From Candidatus Woesearchaeota archaeon (GTDB lineage Archaea; Nanobdellota; Nanobdellia; Woesearchaeales; JAADFO01), in contig JAFGPE010000046.1 in assembly GCA_016926055.1 (NCBI GenBank), positions 1 through 33,752 of the forward strand: a stretch of DNA of 33,752 nucleotides, given 5' to 3'. The translations under genes were made by a program, and so were the position numbers. Shown piece by piece: positions 17,303 through 26,861 of this stretch (its first letter is position 1; every line of letters starts with the position of its first letter). The notes under the pieces were generated by a model. It was not told where the DNA came from. It made no database searches and was given only the letters and a program-made list of their open reading frames with translations.

Positions 17303-18720
17303 TTTTTCCTGTACTCCCAGATTTCAACTCCCGAAATGCCATACCTTTTCTCAAAGGTTTCGTTGTTGTTGAAAAGGAACAATAATCCCTCTTCTGTATC
17401 CTCCCAGACAAGGCCTTGCTTCATGCTCCTGTCTATAAAAATATACTTGATGAAATATTTGTCAAGAAGGGATTTTGTGCGCTTGAGGTTTCTTGAATAA
17501 TAAATCTGCAGGGTTTCATTATAGGCTGCCTTGTTATGTTCATTATTTCTGCTCAGGGGATCGAAAAGAACCTTGCTCCTTCCCACAGTTTCTATCCAGA
17601 AGCCATTGTTCAAATGAGAGAAAACAAAACCATTCTTGTCAGAGTTTTCAGAGAACCATGCAAGGCTCTGCATAACAGGATAATCTGGCTTTGATTCTGC
17701 AAGCCTCTTTGAATAAGCCACAGCTGAGAACATAATCCCGCAGACAAACAGGATAAGAACAAAGGACTTTATAATACCCAGTTCCCATTTTCTTCTTGAT
17801 GTTTGGATAAAGCCGAATGCCGCAAGAGGCGCAAGACCAAAACAGAGCAGGATGTTAAAATCGGAACTTACAAATGTGCCTAACAACAAAAAGACCGCGA
17901 TAAACGCATAGGAATATCTTATCGCTCTTGAATCAGACTTGAAAAACATTCCTGAAATGGCAAGTATCAGGAAGAAAGGAGAAAATCCTGATTTCCCCCC
18001 GAACTCAGAAATGCTCTCATTAAGATAATTTGAACCTGCAAGAACAGAAGCCGATAAGGGAACATCTGCAGTGGTGTGGAACAACAGGCTTGAAATCAGG
18101 ACAACTGAAATAAAAGCTATGCTTTTTTTTAGCCTCTTGACAGAAATCGAATAAAGAAGAAGAACAAGAACAATCGGCAATACATACGTGAAACCGAATG
18201 GTATTATGAGCAGCGCCAAGAAGAAAGAGAAAATCCTTTTTTCTTTTATGAAGAAATAGAAGCACAACAAATCAAGCAGTATCCAAAGCGAAAGGGATGT
18301 TGTTGTTGTGAAAGTCCAGATAAAAAGAGGCGACAAAATCATGAGAATCGAGGCTATTGTTGCCTCCCTTTTTTTTAATGAAAAATGTTTGAGTATTAGG
18401 ATAAACGTGAATAACGAAGCAATGCCGAAGATAAATGGAAGGATTCTTGCTGAAGCCCCGATACCGAATATTTTGGACGAAAGAAAAAGAAGCACATGAA
18501 ATGGATTGGCGACAGTCTGCCTTGAGCTTAAAACAAGATTGTCCCTGAAAATCAATCCTTTTTCAGCTATTGACTCAGCAACTCTGATGTTATAGTATGG
18601 CTCTGAACCCTGCAATGTGCCGCCGGAGTAAAAAATCCTGAGCAGAAAGACTAAAGAAAGCACAATAACTGCAACAAAAAGGGGAATTAAAAAATCTACC
18701 CTTGATATTTTTTTTCTCAT
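17299..18720 (-). CDS. Multi-pass membrane protein, GT-C/STT3-like
   Basis: Many TM segments, EPYYNIR after TM1 and a soluble C-terminal domain. ATG at 18720 is coupled to the upstream stop. Confidence 0.7.
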   Translation of the reverse strand: MRKKISRVDFLIPLFVAVIVLSLVFLLRIFYSGGTLQGSEPYYNIRVAESIAEKGLIFRDNLVLSSRQTVANPFHVLLFLSSKIFGIGASARILPFIFGIASLFTFILILKHFSLKKREATIASILMILSPLFIWTFTTTTSLSLWILLDLLCFYFFIKEKRIFSFFLALLIIPFGFTYVLPIVLVLLLYSISVKRLKKSIAFISVVLISSLLFHTTADVPLSASVLAGSNYLNESISEFGGKSGFSPFFLILAISGMFFKSDSRAIRYSYAFIAVFLLLGTFVSSDFNILLCFGLAPLAAFGFIQTSRRKWELGIIKSFVLILFVCGIMFSAVAYSKRLAESKPDYPVMQSLAWFSENSDKNGFVFSHLNNGFWIETVGRSKVLFDPLSRNNEHNKAAYNETLQIYYSRNLKRTKSLLDKYFIKYIFIDRSMKQGLVWEDTEEGLLFLFNNNETFEKRYGISGVEIWEYRKN

Positions 18721-20234
18721 TCTGACATCGCCACCCTGCACTCAACTTTATATATTAATGGCTCTTCATCGTATACCAGCTTGAAGCAATTGTCGCCTTC
18801 CGATGGAATAAATCTTAATCCAGACTGGCCCAACTCGAACAAGGTATTCTCTGAGAGATATATGTAACCGACATCAAATTTTTGGCAAAGAGATACTGCC
18901 TCAATCTCTGATATTGCTGAAAATATAGTGTTCACGTCCTTGAAGCGCTGCTCAGGATTGTTCGCATAGTTGTAGTTAGAATCCATGACATTCTTTCTCC
19001 CTGCAAGAAAGGAAATCTTATGGCCCTCGCCCGGTGAAGCAAGCACCACTGAACCAGGCTCTGTATTTTCCTTGAGCCAGAGTATTGCCTTTAACTCGTC
19101 CTCCTTTGGCGTGTTAGCCCTGTTCTTAATGAAGCTCAAATCAAGAGAGGGTATGATTGACATCATGAGCATAAGTATGAAGATTAGAACGACAAGGGCG
19201 TTGCCATGCCTCGAGAACTTTGTTTTTTTCAACCAGGTTGCAAAATTCCTGAAGAAATCTGCTGAAAGCACACAAAGAATCGCACCTGCAAGCATAAGGC
19301 CGATTTTGTCCTCAATAATCCTAAACCAGGAAGCAAGGCTTATTGATATGAGAAATCCTATGATTACGAAAACATCTTTTCTTCTTTCCTCGAAAATCCT
19401 TATATATGCCACATGTATCCCGAAAAGAAGAGGTAGTGCACCAATGGAATATATCGCAAAAACGGGGTTGACCCCTGCAAAATATTCAGAAACAAGTTGT
19501 GACGGAACGCTCTTCCAGACAAAAGACGTTCCTTCTGTGAGAAGCGTATTCTTGAAGACGACAAACATCAGCCAGAGGTAAAAGATTAAAGAGAAGAGCG
19601 ATATCTCGTATTCCCTTTTCAGCACCATTTTTCTCTCAAGCTGGCAAAGCAGCAAGTAAAACAGCAGCCCTATTATGAAAACGACAGTAATTGGGCTTAG
19701 AAGAATCAGTAGCAAAAGCACAAATGCAAAATGAGCAGCATATTTCTTGTGGTCGAGAAGCCTTATATAGTAGAAAATCAGCATCAAAGAAAGAGGAACA
19801 AAAAGCGAACTCGAGGAGCCGGAGTTTACTGTTTCGCTCATAAATATGGGGATAAAACCTGCAAGGATAGATGACAGCAGCGAGGCAACTCTGTTCTTAG
19901 TTATCTCATAAGAAAGAACAAAAACCACCACCATAAGCAAGGATGCAAAAATATTGGGCAGCAGCTTCAAAAGAGTGTAAAGCGGGATGAAAAGGCTGAA
20001 GAATGCCAGCACATAATGATACAACGGGAGAAAGATATAGGTTCGGCCACCGTAACTAAGTTCATCAACATACAGGGGAAGGCCTGTTTGCCTTATGTGC
20101 TCGACCTGGCGAAGTATAAAATAAGCATTATCATCATTAAATTCAGAGTACCTAAATGCCATGTTAAACCTTATTCCGAGAACTACTAAGAACAAAGCAG
20201 CCAAACCGATGATGTATTTGTGTTTTTCTTCCAC
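18717..20234 (-). CDS. Multi-pass membrane protein, GT-C/STT3-like (paralog of its neighbour)
   Basis: DDNAYFILRQVEHI, PLYH, and WLKENTEPGSVVLA in the C-terminal domain; GTG start. Confidence 0.72.
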   Translation of the reverse strand: MEEKHKYIIGLAALFLVVLGIRFNMAFRYSEFNDDNAYFILRQVEHIRQTGLPLYVDELSYGGRTYIFLPLYHYVLAFFSLFIPLYTLLKLLPNIFASLLMVVVFVLSYEITKNRVASLLSSILAGFIPIFMSETVNSGSSSSLFVPLSLMLIFYYIRLLDHKKYAAHFAFVLLLLILLSPITVVFIIGLLFYLLLCQLERKMVLKREYEISLFSLIFYLWLMFVVFKNTLLTEGTSFVWKSVPSQLVSEYFAGVNPVFAIYSIGALPLLFGIHVAYIRIFEERRKDVFVIIGFLISISLASWFRIIEDKIGLMLAGAILCVLSADFFRNFATWLKKTKFSRHGNALVVLIFILMLMMSIIPSLDLSFIKNRANTPKEDELKAILWLKENTEPGSVVLASPGEGHKISFLAGRKNVMDSNYNYANNPEQRFKDVNTIFSAISEIEAVSLCQKFDVGYIYLSENTLFELGQSGLRFIPSEGDNCFKLVYDEEPLIYKVECRVAMSE

Positions 20235-20317
20235 AGAAAGGTGTGATATGGTGTAGTATAAATATCTTTTTTTCTTTTCCTATAAGTATATAAAGAAATA
20301 TTCATTCACCGTGCAAT

Positions 20318-21004
20318 ATGAAAGAAGAAATAAAGGTATCCAGCGGCTCCCCTGTAGTTGATAAATTACTGGAAGGTGGCTTTGAAACAGGTGTCCTGAA
20401 TACAGTATATGGACCTGCAGGAAGCGGAAAAACCTGCTGTTGCCTTATCGCAGCAATACTGCAGTCAATGGAAGGCAGGAAGACTGTGTATATAGACACG
20501 GAATCGAATTTTTCGCTTACACGATTAAAGCAGCTGGCAGACGACTATAAAAGAGTTCTTAACAATATGCTTTTCTCGAGGCCTGGCTCAATGGCAGAGC
20601 AGAAAAAATCTCTTCTTAAACTAAAGGAATCGCCTGTCAAGAATCTTGGCCTGATAATAATTGACTCGATAGCAACCCCATACAGGGTTGAGATGGGGAT
20701 GACCAAGGAGAAATATGATGTCAACAGGGAGCTTGGCTTTCAGCTTTCCATACTTCTTGACATTGCAAGGGCAAGAAACATTCCTGTGCTGCTTACTGAC
20801 CAGGTATATTCTGATTTTGAGAACAAGGGAACAGTGAAGATTGTGGGAGGGGATGTGATAAGCTACTCCAGCAAATGCCTTGTAGAGCTGAAGAAGTTCG
20901 CTGGAGGCAAAAGAGCGGCAATAGTAAAGCGGCACAGGTCCCTGCCTGAAGGAAAAAGCATCATGCTCGAGATAACCGAAAAGGGGTTTCAGGAAGTATA
21001 TTGA
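20318..21004 (+). CDS. radB: DNA repair and recombination protein RadB
   Basis: RecA core only: GPAGSGKT, YIDTE, IIIDSI and a basic RHRS patch near the C-terminus. Confidence 0.92.
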   Translation: MKEEIKVSSGSPVVDKLLEGGFETGVLNTVYGPAGSGKTCCCLIAAILQSMEGRKTVYIDTESNFSLTRLKQLADDYKRVLNNMLFSRPGSMAEQKKSLLKLKESPVKNLGLIIIDSIATPYRVEMGMTKEKYDVNRELGFQLSILLDIARARNIPVLLTDQVYSDFENKGTVKIVGGDVISYSSKCLVELKKFAGGKRAAIVKRHRSLPEGKSIMLEITEKGFQEVY

Positions 21005-21077
21005 AAAAGATGTCAAGCAGTTTAAAGCACATTATGACAAAGAAAGTTATTCCGGTACTCAAATAAATTCATTATTC

Positions 21078-21094
21078 TTTACGAATTTCGTAAA
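21078..21094. promoter_or_regulatory. Palindromic operator upstream of lysC (Lrp/LysM-like box)
   Basis: Perfect TTTACGAA-T-TTCGTAAA upstream of TATA TTTTATAT (21117-24). Confidence 0.7.
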
Positions 21095-21148
21095 AATATC
21101 CTGTTTTCCAATAAATTTTTATATGTGATGTTGTTTCCCAACGCTAAA

Positions 21149-22465
21149 ATGATAGTGATGAAGTTTGGCGGCTCATCTGTAAAGGATGCTGTTATGTTCA
21201 AAAGAGTCGCATCTATTGTAACAGAAAGGCTTGATAAAAAGCCGTTGGTTGTTCTTTCGGCAGTCAAGGGAGTGACTGACATGCTGATAAAAAGCCTTGA
21301 TGAATCGCTTTTAGGAAACTATGCTTCTTATGAAAAGATTGCTGAGATGCATAAAAAGATAATTGAGGAACTCGGACTTTCATTCGATATGATAAGCCCT
21401 GAACTGATAGAACTAAAAAAAGCATTGGAAACAAACTCGAAGGTTAAGGAAAACACTGCTGAGTTTCTCGACTACATTTCGTTTTTTGGCGAAAGAATGA
21501 GTGTAAAGATTCTTGCACAACTACTGAACAAGCAGGGAATAAGCTCAGAGTCATTTGTTTCAGGGGACATTGGTCTGTTGACCGACTCTGCATTTGGCAA
21601 TGCAACAATCCTTCCCCACTCCTACAAGAAGATGAAGGAGTTCCTGTCAAAAGTCAAGGCTGTTCCCGTAATAACGGGTTTTGGAGGAAAAGACGCTAAT
21701 GGACGATTCACAACATTCCAAAGAGGGGGCTCTGACTATGTGGCTTCACTGTTCGGAGCAGCAGTCCATGCAGCTGAAATACAGATCTGGACAGATGTCA
21801 ACGGAATAATGTCGGCCGATCCAAGGATCGTGAAGAACGCAAGAACAATCCCTGAACTGAGCTTCGACGAGGCATCTGAGCTTGCATATTTCGGCGCAAA
21901 GGTTCTTCATCCAAAAACAATAGTCCCTGCAATAGAGAAGAACATCCTTGTCATCGTGCTGAACACTTTCGAGCCTGAACATAGCGGTTCAAGGATAGTC
22001 AAGGATGCGAAAAAATCATCAGCCATCATGAAGGCCGTATCTTTTAAGAAAGGAATAACTGTTATCGAGGCGAAATCCACAAGAATGCTCAACTCGCACG
22101 GCTATCTTGCAAACATGTTCGCGGTATTTCAGAAATACAAGAAGCCGGTCGATATGGTGTCTACATCTGAAATCAATGTGTCGATGACTGTCGATTCATT
22201 GGAAAACATGGATGAGATTGTAAAAGAGCTTTCGGAAATTGCAAGCGTAAAGATTCACAAGCACAGGGCAATTGTTTATGCTGTAGGTGAAGGGATGAAA
22301 GCCCATGCAGGAACAGCGGCAAGAATTTTTTCGACAATAGGTAACAGAGGCATTAATCTTGAGATGATATCCCAATGCTTTGACGAGCACTCTGTCGGCT
22401 TTGTCGTTAGAGAGGAACAGGCAGAGAAAGCCATGATAACATTGCACGAGGAATTCATAAAATAA
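21149..22465 (+). CDS. lysC: Aspartate kinase
   Basis: KFGGSS, RGGSD, WTDVNG and two ACT domains. Start at MIVMKFGG fits the TATA spacing. Confidence 0.96.
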   Translation: MIVMKFGGSSVKDAVMFKRVASIVTERLDKKPLVVLSAVKGVTDMLIKSLDESLLGNYASYEKIAEMHKKIIEELGLSFDMISPELIELKKALETNSKVKENTAEFLDYISFFGERMSVKILAQLLNKQGISSESFVSGDIGLLTDSAFGNATILPHSYKKMKEFLSKVKAVPVITGFGGKDANGRFTTFQRGGSDYVASLFGAAVHAAEIQIWTDVNGIMSADPRIVKNARTIPELSFDEASELAYFGAKVLHPKTIVPAIEKNILVIVLNTFEPEHSGSRIVKDAKKSSAIMKAVSFKKGITVIEAKSTRMLNSHGYLANMFAVFQKYKKPVDMVSTSEINVSMTVDSLENMDEIVKELSEIASVKIHKHRAIVYAVGEGMKAHAGTAARIFSTIGNRGINLEMISQCFDEHSVGFVVREEQAEKAMITLHEEFIK

Positions 22466-22520
22466 TACTATTTTCGTACTAAGAATGACATTATCTTACT
22501 AAAAACGAAATATTTATATA
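22465..22520 (+). promoter_or_regulatory. Two phased Lrp-like boxes plus TATA for the lrp-dap operon
   Basis: ATACTATTTTCGTAC(22465-79) and TTACTAAAAACGAAA(22496-510), 31 bp apart, resemble the lysC box. TTTATATA at 22513-20. Confidence 0.6.
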
Positions 22521-22542
22521 TTAATTCGGATTTCTTCGAAGA

Positions 22543-22944
22543 ATGGACAACATAGACTCGACAATAATCGGTATGCTAAGCAACGATTCGAGAACCCCTT
22601 TCCTTAAGATAGCTTCCCAGCTAAAAGTGTCCGAGGGAACAATCAGAAAAAGGGTAAAGAAGCTTTTAAAAGCCGGAACAATAAGAAGATTTACGATAGA
22701 GACATCACAGCAGAGGTTCGGAATAGTAGGTATTGAGACTGAAACGAAGGTTGAGACTAAAAGAATTGTACAAAAGATTCAGAGCTTCGGGGTTCCAGAG
22801 ATATATGAGGTAACTGGAAAGTTTGACATCATCTGCATGGTTCCTGCGCTGGAGATGATAATGGTGAATGAGATACTTGAGAAAATAAGGACAACCCCCG
22901 GAGTCATGCACACGGAAACATTCACAATTCTGACAAAAGTGTAG
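22543..22944 (+). CDS. Lrp/AsnC-family regulator (LysM-like)
   Basis: DSRTPFLKIA..LKVSEGTIRKRV HTH and YEVTGKFDI RAM domain; located inside the lysine cluster. Confidence 0.92.
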   Translation: MDNIDSTIIGMLSNDSRTPFLKIASQLKVSEGTIRKRVKKLLKAGTIRRFTIETSQQRFGIVGIETETKVETKRIVQKIQSFGVPEIYEVTGKFDIICMVPALEMIMVNEILEKIRTTPGVMHTETFTILTKV

Positions 22945-22962
22945 TTTTTTGGAGGACTCAAA

Positions 22963-23712
22963 ATGAAATTGGCTATAATAGGCTATGGAAAAATGGGAAA
23001 AGCTGTTGAGAAGATTGCAAAGGAGAAAGGCCACGAGATTATTGCAATAATCGATCCCAACTGCGACAGCTGCTTAAAGGAGATAAACGAAAATAATCTC
23101 AGGAATGTGGAGACGTGCATAGACTTCACCAGCCCAACTGCGGTGATTGAAAATATCAGGAGGATTTCAAGACTTGGAAAGAATATTGTCGTCGGAACAA
23201 CAGGCTGGTATGAAAAGATGGATGAAGTGGAGAAAATAGTGAAGGATAATAACATCGGCTTGATCTGGTCTGGGAACTTTTCAATAGGGGTTAATGCACT
23301 TTTTGCAATTGTTGAAAAGGCTGCGAAAATATTCAACAACCTTGAGGAATATGATGTGCTGGCTCACGAGCTCCATCACAGAAACAAGGCTGACTCACCG
23401 TCGGGAACAGCAAAGATGCTGGGAAAAATCCTTGTTGACAACATCGACAGAAAGAAGAAGGTTGTTTATGAGATGCTTGGCAGGAAGGTTGCAGCAGAAG
23501 AGATCCATTTCTCGAGCACAAGAGGTGGCTTAATTCCCGGGACCCATGCAATACTGTTTGACAGCGCTGTTGACACAATCGAAATAACGCATACAGCAAG
23601 AGGCAGGGAAGGGTTTGCAACAGGTGCTGTGATGGCGGCAGAGTTCATCTCTGGAAAGAAAGGATTTTACAGCATAGATGATTTGATGAAAAAGATAATA
23701 GGAGGCGGATAA
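22963..23712 (+). CDS. dapB: 4-hydroxy-tetrahydrodipicolinate reductase
   Basis: GYGKMG, DFT, GTTG, NFSIG and ELHHRNKADSPSGTA. Confidence 0.97.
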   Translation: MKLAIIGYGKMGKAVEKIAKEKGHEIIAIIDPNCDSCLKEINENNLRNVETCIDFTSPTAVIENIRRISRLGKNIVVGTTGWYEKMDEVEKIVKDNNIGLIWSGNFSIGVNALFAIVEKAAKIFNNLEEYDVLAHELHHRNKADSPSGTAKMLGKILVDNIDRKKKVVYEMLGRKVAAEEIHFSSTRGGLIPGTHAILFDSAVDTIEITHTARGREGFATGAVMAAEFISGKKGFYSIDDLMKKIIGGG

Positions 23713-23713
23713 A

Positions 23714-24592
23714 ATGTTCAGAGGAGTATACACTGCAATCGTAACCCCTTTCAACAAGGATGAAAGCGTGGACGAGAAAGCGCTGAGGAAGCTTATTGAT
23801 TACAATATAAAGAAAGGGGTATCAGGAATTGTTCCCTGCGGCACAACAGGAGAAAGCCCGACACTAAGCCATGAAGAACACGACAAAGTTATTGAAGTTG
23901 CTGTCGAGCATGTCAATGGCAGGGTGCCTGTGATTGCCGGAACAGGATCAAACTGCACAAAAGAAGCAATAAGGCTGACACAGCATGCTGAGAAAGCAGG
24001 AGCTGATGGTGTGCTTCTTGTCAATCCTTACTACAATAAGCCGACACAAGAAGGATTATACAGGCATTTCAAGGCAATAGCCAACTCTGTAAAGATTCCG
24101 TGCATAGTTTACAACATAAAGGGAAGAACAGGAGTTAACGTTGAAACACCCACTTTAATGAGGATTGCAAGGGATTGCAAAAATGTTGTTGGTGTGAAGG
24201 AAGCTTCAGGCGACTTAAACCAGATGAAGGATGTGATTGCAAAAAGGCCTGAAGGCTTCAGTGTTCTTTCAGGAGACGACAACATCGCTCTTGAGCTTAT
24301 AAAGGCTGGTGGCGATGGAGTAGTATCTGTCGCAAGCAACATCATTCCAGAAGAGATGACGGAGATGGTGGCCCTGGCACTGAAAGGGGATTATTCAGAG
24401 GCAGAAAAAATAAATAATCATCTTGCCGAATTCTTCAAGATGGAATTTATAGAAACAAATCCAATACCGATAAAATACATGCTCGGTCTCAAGGGAATGA
24501 TAAATGACATCTACAGGCTGCCGTTGTGTGAGCTGAAGCCTGAGAACAAAAAGAAAGTGGAAGAGCTGATGAAGAGAATGAAGCTTATCTAG
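23714..24592 (+). CDS. dapA: 4-hydroxy-tetrahydrodipicolinate synthase
   Basis: GTTGES, PYYNKP, YN..GRT, KEASG, SGDD and NPIPIK. Confidence 0.97.
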   Translation: MFRGVYTAIVTPFNKDESVDEKALRKLIDYNIKKGVSGIVPCGTTGESPTLSHEEHDKVIEVAVEHVNGRVPVIAGTGSNCTKEAIRLTQHAEKAGADGVLLVNPYYNKPTQEGLYRHFKAIANSVKIPCIVYNIKGRTGVNVETPTLMRIARDCKNVVGVKEASGDLNQMKDVIAKRPEGFSVLSGDDNIALELIKAGGDGVVSVASNIIPEEMTEMVALALKGDYSEAEKINNHLAEFFKMEFIETNPIPIKYMLGLKGMINDIYRLPLCELKPENKKKVEELMKRMKLI

Positions 24593-24603
24593 AGGGTGGA
24601 AAC

Positions 24604-25614
24604 ATGAGAAAAGTCAGGGTAGGAATAATGGGAGCAACAGGAATGGTTGGAACTGAAATAACTGAAGTTCTGTTCGACAGGAGATTCCCGATATCAAAGC
24701 TAAGGCTTTATGCCTCTGAAAGGTCTGTAGGAAAGAAGATAAAGACAAAAATGGGAGAGATAACCGTTGAAAATGCAGACACTGCAGATTACTCTCAGCT
24801 AGATGTTGCTTTTTTTGCAATAGGCGGAGGCTGGCCAAAGGAAAATGCAAAGAAGGCAACAGATGCAGGATGTGTTGTAATAGACAACTCCTCGACATTC
24901 CGCTACGACAAAAATGTTCCTTTGGTTATTCCGGAGATTAATCCTGAGGCAATTGGAAAGTCTTTACTGATTGCAAACCCTAACTGCACTACTGCTGTTG
25001 CTGCAATTCCTTTATGGCAGATATACAAAAAGTTCGGCCTGAAAAAGGTATTTGTTTCGACATACCAGGCAACAAGCGGCGCAGGCCAGGGCGGGATGAT
25101 TGAGCTTGAGAATGAAACAAGAAACGTCCTTGATGGAAAAAATGCAAAGAATAAGGTATTCGCATATCCAATCCCTTTTAACGTCATTCCGCACATAGAT
25201 GTGTTTCAGGAGAACGGCTACACTAAAGAAGAGATGAAGGTTGTCTGGGAGACAAGGAAAATATTCGGAAACCCGGAATTGAGCATCAGCTGCACAGCAG
25301 TAAGGATTCCTACAATGAGGGCCCACTCCGAAGCAATTGTTGTTGAGACTGTAAAACCCGTCTCGCCCGATGAAGTCAGGGCAATACTTAGAAAGACAAA
25401 AGGGGTTGAAGTAAAGGACAATATGGAGAAGAAAATCTATCCCATGCCACTTACAGCAACAAAGAAATACGATGTCGAGGTTGGGAGGATAAGGCAGAAT
25501 CTTGTCTTCGGAAAAAACGGTCTTGAGTTTTTTGTAAGCGGAGACCAAGTACTTAAAGGGGCTGCATTGAACGCTGTACAGATAGCTGAAGTAATTGCAA
25601 AGAAAAGGTTCTAA
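24604..25614 (+). CDS. asd: Aspartate-semialdehyde dehydrogenase (bacterial-type)
   Basis: GATGMVG, NPNCTT, YQATSGAG and KGAALNAVQIAE. Confidence 0.97.
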   Translation: MRKVRVGIMGATGMVGTEITEVLFDRRFPISKLRLYASERSVGKKIKTKMGEITVENADTADYSQLDVAFFAIGGGWPKENAKKATDAGCVVIDNSSTFRYDKNVPLVIPEINPEAIGKSLLIANPNCTTAVAAIPLWQIYKKFGLKKVFVSTYQATSGAGQGGMIELENETRNVLDGKNAKNKVFAYPIPFNVIPHIDVFQENGYTKEEMKVVWETRKIFGNPELSISCTAVRIPTMRAHSEAIVVETVKPVSPDEVRAILRKTKGVEVKDNMEKKIYPMPLTATKKYDVEVGRIRQNLVFGKNGLEFFVSGDQVLKGAALNAVQIAEVIAKKRF

Positions 25615-25615
25615 G

Positions 25616-26860
25616 ATGAAATATCTCCCTGAACAAAAGATATTGGAAGCACTAAATGAATTTAATACTCCTTTCCACATCTATGACGAAAAATTGATTA
25701 GGGAGAACGCAGTGCAGTTCAAGAAAGCGTTTGGCATTCTTCCAGGATTCAGGAATTATTTTGCGGTGAAAGCGCTGCCAAATCCGTTTATCCTGAAGGT
25801 TCTGGAGGAAGAAGGGATGGGTGCCGACTGCAGCAGTCTTCCTGAGCTGATGCTTGCGGAAAAAGCAGGAATTACAGGAGAAAACATCATGTTTTCCTCG
25901 AACGATACACCTGCAGAAGAATTCAAAGCTGCAAAAAAGCTCGGCGCAATAATCAACCTGGACGATATGAGCCACATAGAATTCCTTGAAAAGAACGCAG
26001 GGATACCTCGCTGTGTTTGCTTAAGATACAACCCCGGAAAGTCTAGGGAAGGGGGAAATTTGATAATAGGGAAGCCTGCTGAAGCAAAATACGGCTTCAC
26101 AAAAGAGCAGCTGTTTGAAGGGTATATGCTTCTGAAAAAAAAAGGAGTTAAGCGGTTTGGCCTCCATACGATGATTGTATCTAACGAACTTAATGAGAAG
26201 TATATAATCGGGACTGCCATCATGCTCTTCGAGGTTATTGCAGAGGTTAAGAAAAGACTGGATGTTGCAATTGAATTTGTGAATCTTGGAGGAGGAATAG
26301 GAATTCCTTATCGCCCGGAGCAGAAGGCTGTTTCATATGAAAGGATTGCTAATGGCATAAAGAAAGCATATGAAGAAATTCTTGTAAACCTCAAGCCGAA
26401 AATTTTCATGGAATGCGGAAGAGCGATAACGGGTCCTTACGGCTGGCTTGTCGCAAGAGTAAGGCACATTAAGCACACGTACAAGGACTATGTTGGGTTG
26501 GATGCAAGCATGGCTAATCTCATGAGGCCTGCCATCTATGGGGCTCACCATCATATAACTGTCGTCGGAAAAGAAAAAAAGCCGCACAACCACAGGTATG
26601 ATGTCACCGGCTCATTGTGTGAGAACAACGACAAGTTCGCAATTGACAGGATGCTTCCTGAAATCAGGGAAGGGGATGTTATTGTGATTCACGACACTGG
26701 CGCACATGGTCATGCAATGGGCTTCAACTACAATGGGAAGCTGCGAAGCGCAGAACTATTGATAAGGGAGGATGGCAGCATCATCGAGATAAGAAGGGCG
26801 GAGACAACTGATGATTACTTTGCGACACTGGATTTCAACAGATTAAAAAAGTTTAAATAA
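25616..26860 (+). CDS. lysA: Diaminopimelate decarboxylase
   Basis: FAVKA PLP lysine, NLGGG, ECGR, GSLCEN and GFNYN. Confidence 0.95.
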   Translation: MKYLPEQKILEALNEFNTPFHIYDEKLIRENAVQFKKAFGILPGFRNYFAVKALPNPFILKVLEEEGMGADCSSLPELMLAEKAGITGENIMFSSNDTPAEEFKAAKKLGAIINLDDMSHIEFLEKNAGIPRCVCLRYNPGKSREGGNLIIGKPAEAKYGFTKEQLFEGYMLLKKKGVKRFGLHTMIVSNELNEKYIIGTAIMLFEVIAEVKKRLDVAIEFVNLGGGIGIPYRPEQKAVSYERIANGIKKAYEEILVNLKPKIFMECGRAITGPYGWLVARVRHIKHTYKDYVGLDASMANLMRPAIYGAHHHITVVGKEKKPHNHRYDVTGSLCENNDKFAIDRMLPEIREGDVIVIHDTGAHGHAMGFNYNGKLRSAELLIREDGSIIEIRRAETTDDYFATLDFNRLKKFK

Positions 26861-26861
26861 A

